Origin: Azolla caroliniana
Taxonomy: Eukaryota > Plantae > Polypodiophyta
Length of the DNA stretch: 64,000 nt
Assembly: GCA_043228905.1 (NCBI GenBank)
Contig: JBHGNT010000008.1
Span: forward strand, 1,488,001-1,552,000
Reading direction: 5' to 3'
In this document: positions 62,101-64,000 of the stretch, one piece after another
Layout: the number at the start of each line of letters is the position of its first letter
Position numbering within the stretch: the stretch's first letter is position 1
Notes under the pieces: generated by a model
The model's input: the letters and a program-made list of their open reading frames with translations, nothing else
Database searches by the model: none
What the model was told of the DNA's origin: nothing
Program-made: the position numbers and the translations under genes

Positions 62101-64000
62101 GAAGATGAGCATACCTATGCGGTTCAAAAGCTAAAGAAACTATTATTGGAAGCTCTGGCACTACGAAAAGCCGACTACACCAAAGGTGCCCTGATATATG
62201 TGACAGTGCAAACAAACCCAACCGGAATTGGATGGGTGATAAACCAAGAAGACAAAGAAAAGAATCAGTATGCAATCCAATTCGGTGCAAAGGTGTTGAC
62301 CGAAAGACAAAGAAAGTATGCCCAAGTAAAGAGAGAGCTATGGTAGTATCTGCGGTTAAAACTGATCATGACTACCTTATTGGAATAGAGGTCATAATCG
62401 AATCTTATTGTCTACCTATTCTCGGAATGATATCCGGTTGTGCTACACCAGATATTGCTATGCTGCGATGGATTGCCTATATCAAGTCCCTCAACTCCAA
62501 GATTCGACATATAAATGGAAAGCATAATGTGGTGGCCGATATGTTGTCAAGGGAAAGGTATGAGGGTGAAGAAGATTTGCACTACAATGAAGAGGATGTT
62601 GGCCTAAACTTCTTTACGGTTTTTTGTGCTTGGGTGCTAGCAGTGTTTAAAGTAGAAGATTATGAGGGAGAGTTCATCGAAATTGGCAAGTACTTAAGCT
62701 CTCTTACAAAGGATGCATCATGGTCAAAGGAAGACTTCAACCAAATTAGGAAGAAAGCCTACAAGTTCTTCCTCAAAGAAGGACATCTATGGAAGTTTCC
62801 AAAGAAGAAGAATGGAACTCCACTTCGAGTGGTGTGCAAGAAACAAGATCAACAAACACTAATTGCTGAATTTCATGATAGTGTGTGGGCAGGTCATCGA
62901 GGTATATGGGCAACTTTTGCAAAGCTCAAGGAGAAGTATTGGTGGTCGGGTGTTTACAAAGGATGTAGCAAGCTATGTTGAAACATGTGAGCAATGCCAA
63001 TTATACTCGAATATTCAACATAGGGATGAACTTCATCCAATATATCCATTATCAATGCATTATAAGTGGTTGGTAGACATAGTGGTTATGCCGATGGGAT
63101 TGGGGCAAATGAAGTATCTCGTGCTAGCAAGAGAGGATCTCACCAACCAAGTAGAAGGACGGGCACTAAGGAATAAAACAACTTCGGCGGTTTGTAAGTT
63201 TCTCCTTGAAGATGTTATTTGTCAATACGGATGTGTCGGCAAAATAGTAGTAAATAGGGGAGAGTTAGATGCAAATGAAGCTAAAGAGTTCTTTTCAAGA
63301 ATAGGCATCAAACTATCGCCCACCATGGCATACAACCCGGACGCAAATGGGAAGGTGGAACGAGGACATAGTCTGATTGTGAAAGCTCTAGCAAAGGTTT
63401 GCGACGACAAGATGGGGAATTGGCCACGATTACTACCTTATGCATTGTGGGCTGATAGAACTACACATAGCACGACTACAAGATATATGCCGACCGAACT
63501 CATATTAGGGCCAAAACCAATAATGCCTATCGAGCAAAGTATTTTTTTCGTGGAAATCTTTGCAATGGCAAGATGAAATGAGTCGAGAAGATTTGCTAGC
63601 TATAAGGATTCAACAATCAGAACAGAGGCCTGAGGATGTCGAGTTGGCAGTAGAACGGTTGCGCCAGGCTCGATTGAAGAACAAGGAGAATTTTGATAAA
63701 AAGCATCGTCTTTGACAAAGAAAAATTGAAGAAGGAGATTGGTTTCTTGTCTATAATAGTAGTCTCAATAATCAATATAGCACTGCTTGAAATTTTGCAA
63801 AACAATGGTTTGGCCCGTATACAGTTGAGAAAATTGGAAACAATGCAACCTATTTTGTAGTGGAGTTAGATGGAACTCGACTTACCTTGCCAATTGCAGG
63901 AAAGAGGATGAAGATCTTTAAGAGAAGAGAGGCCCCAAATCTTGAGATCGAAGCTCTAGATGATGTAGCCTCGAACATCGAGGTTGAAAAAGAGTAATTA
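59125..64000 (+). mobile_element. Degenerate non-chromovirus Ty3/gypsy (gag end, protease, RT, RNase H, integrase), preceded by an LTR-like end
   Basis: TGTCGTGAAA at 59125 interrupts the RT of element B; LIDHGSEINL, RFIQDLQP, LPQGATNSV, FLDDIPIKG, HDSVWAGH..CEQC, YNPDANGKVERGH, WFGPY; same lineage as 1-301. Confidence 0.88.

Overview
Eukaryotic land-plant DNA; a non-seed plant such as a fern is likely, but that is an inference from the retroelement lineages. The ORF track uses bacterial start codons and ignores introns, so most short ORFs are artefacts. Host genes: an intronless 1078-aa DEAH-box splicing helicase (PRP2/DHX16/ESP3-like, +), a 5-exon tropinone-reductase-like SDR with a duplicated first exon (-), a spliced hAT/BED transposase-like gene with an open frame (+), and an orphan His-rich first exon. 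The rest is mostly LTR retrotransposons, including a multi-level nest from about 33 kb to the end whose LTRs, TSDs, PBS and PPT can be read directly. Main observations: (1) four different LTR families each carry an antisense tRNA-type A-box/B-box module with 54-55 nt span in U3; (2) two related chromoviruses have a self-priming PBS with covarying bases; (3) a conserved -1 frameshift site with a pseudoknot; (4) a tRNA-Arg cDNA captured inside gag; (5) a repeat-spacer hairpin array with 56-bp period in a retrotransposon leader; (6) a young copia lacking its 5' U3 yet flanked by a perfect TSD; (7) heat-shock-element arrays in LTRs. All alignments were done by eye and no database searches were run.
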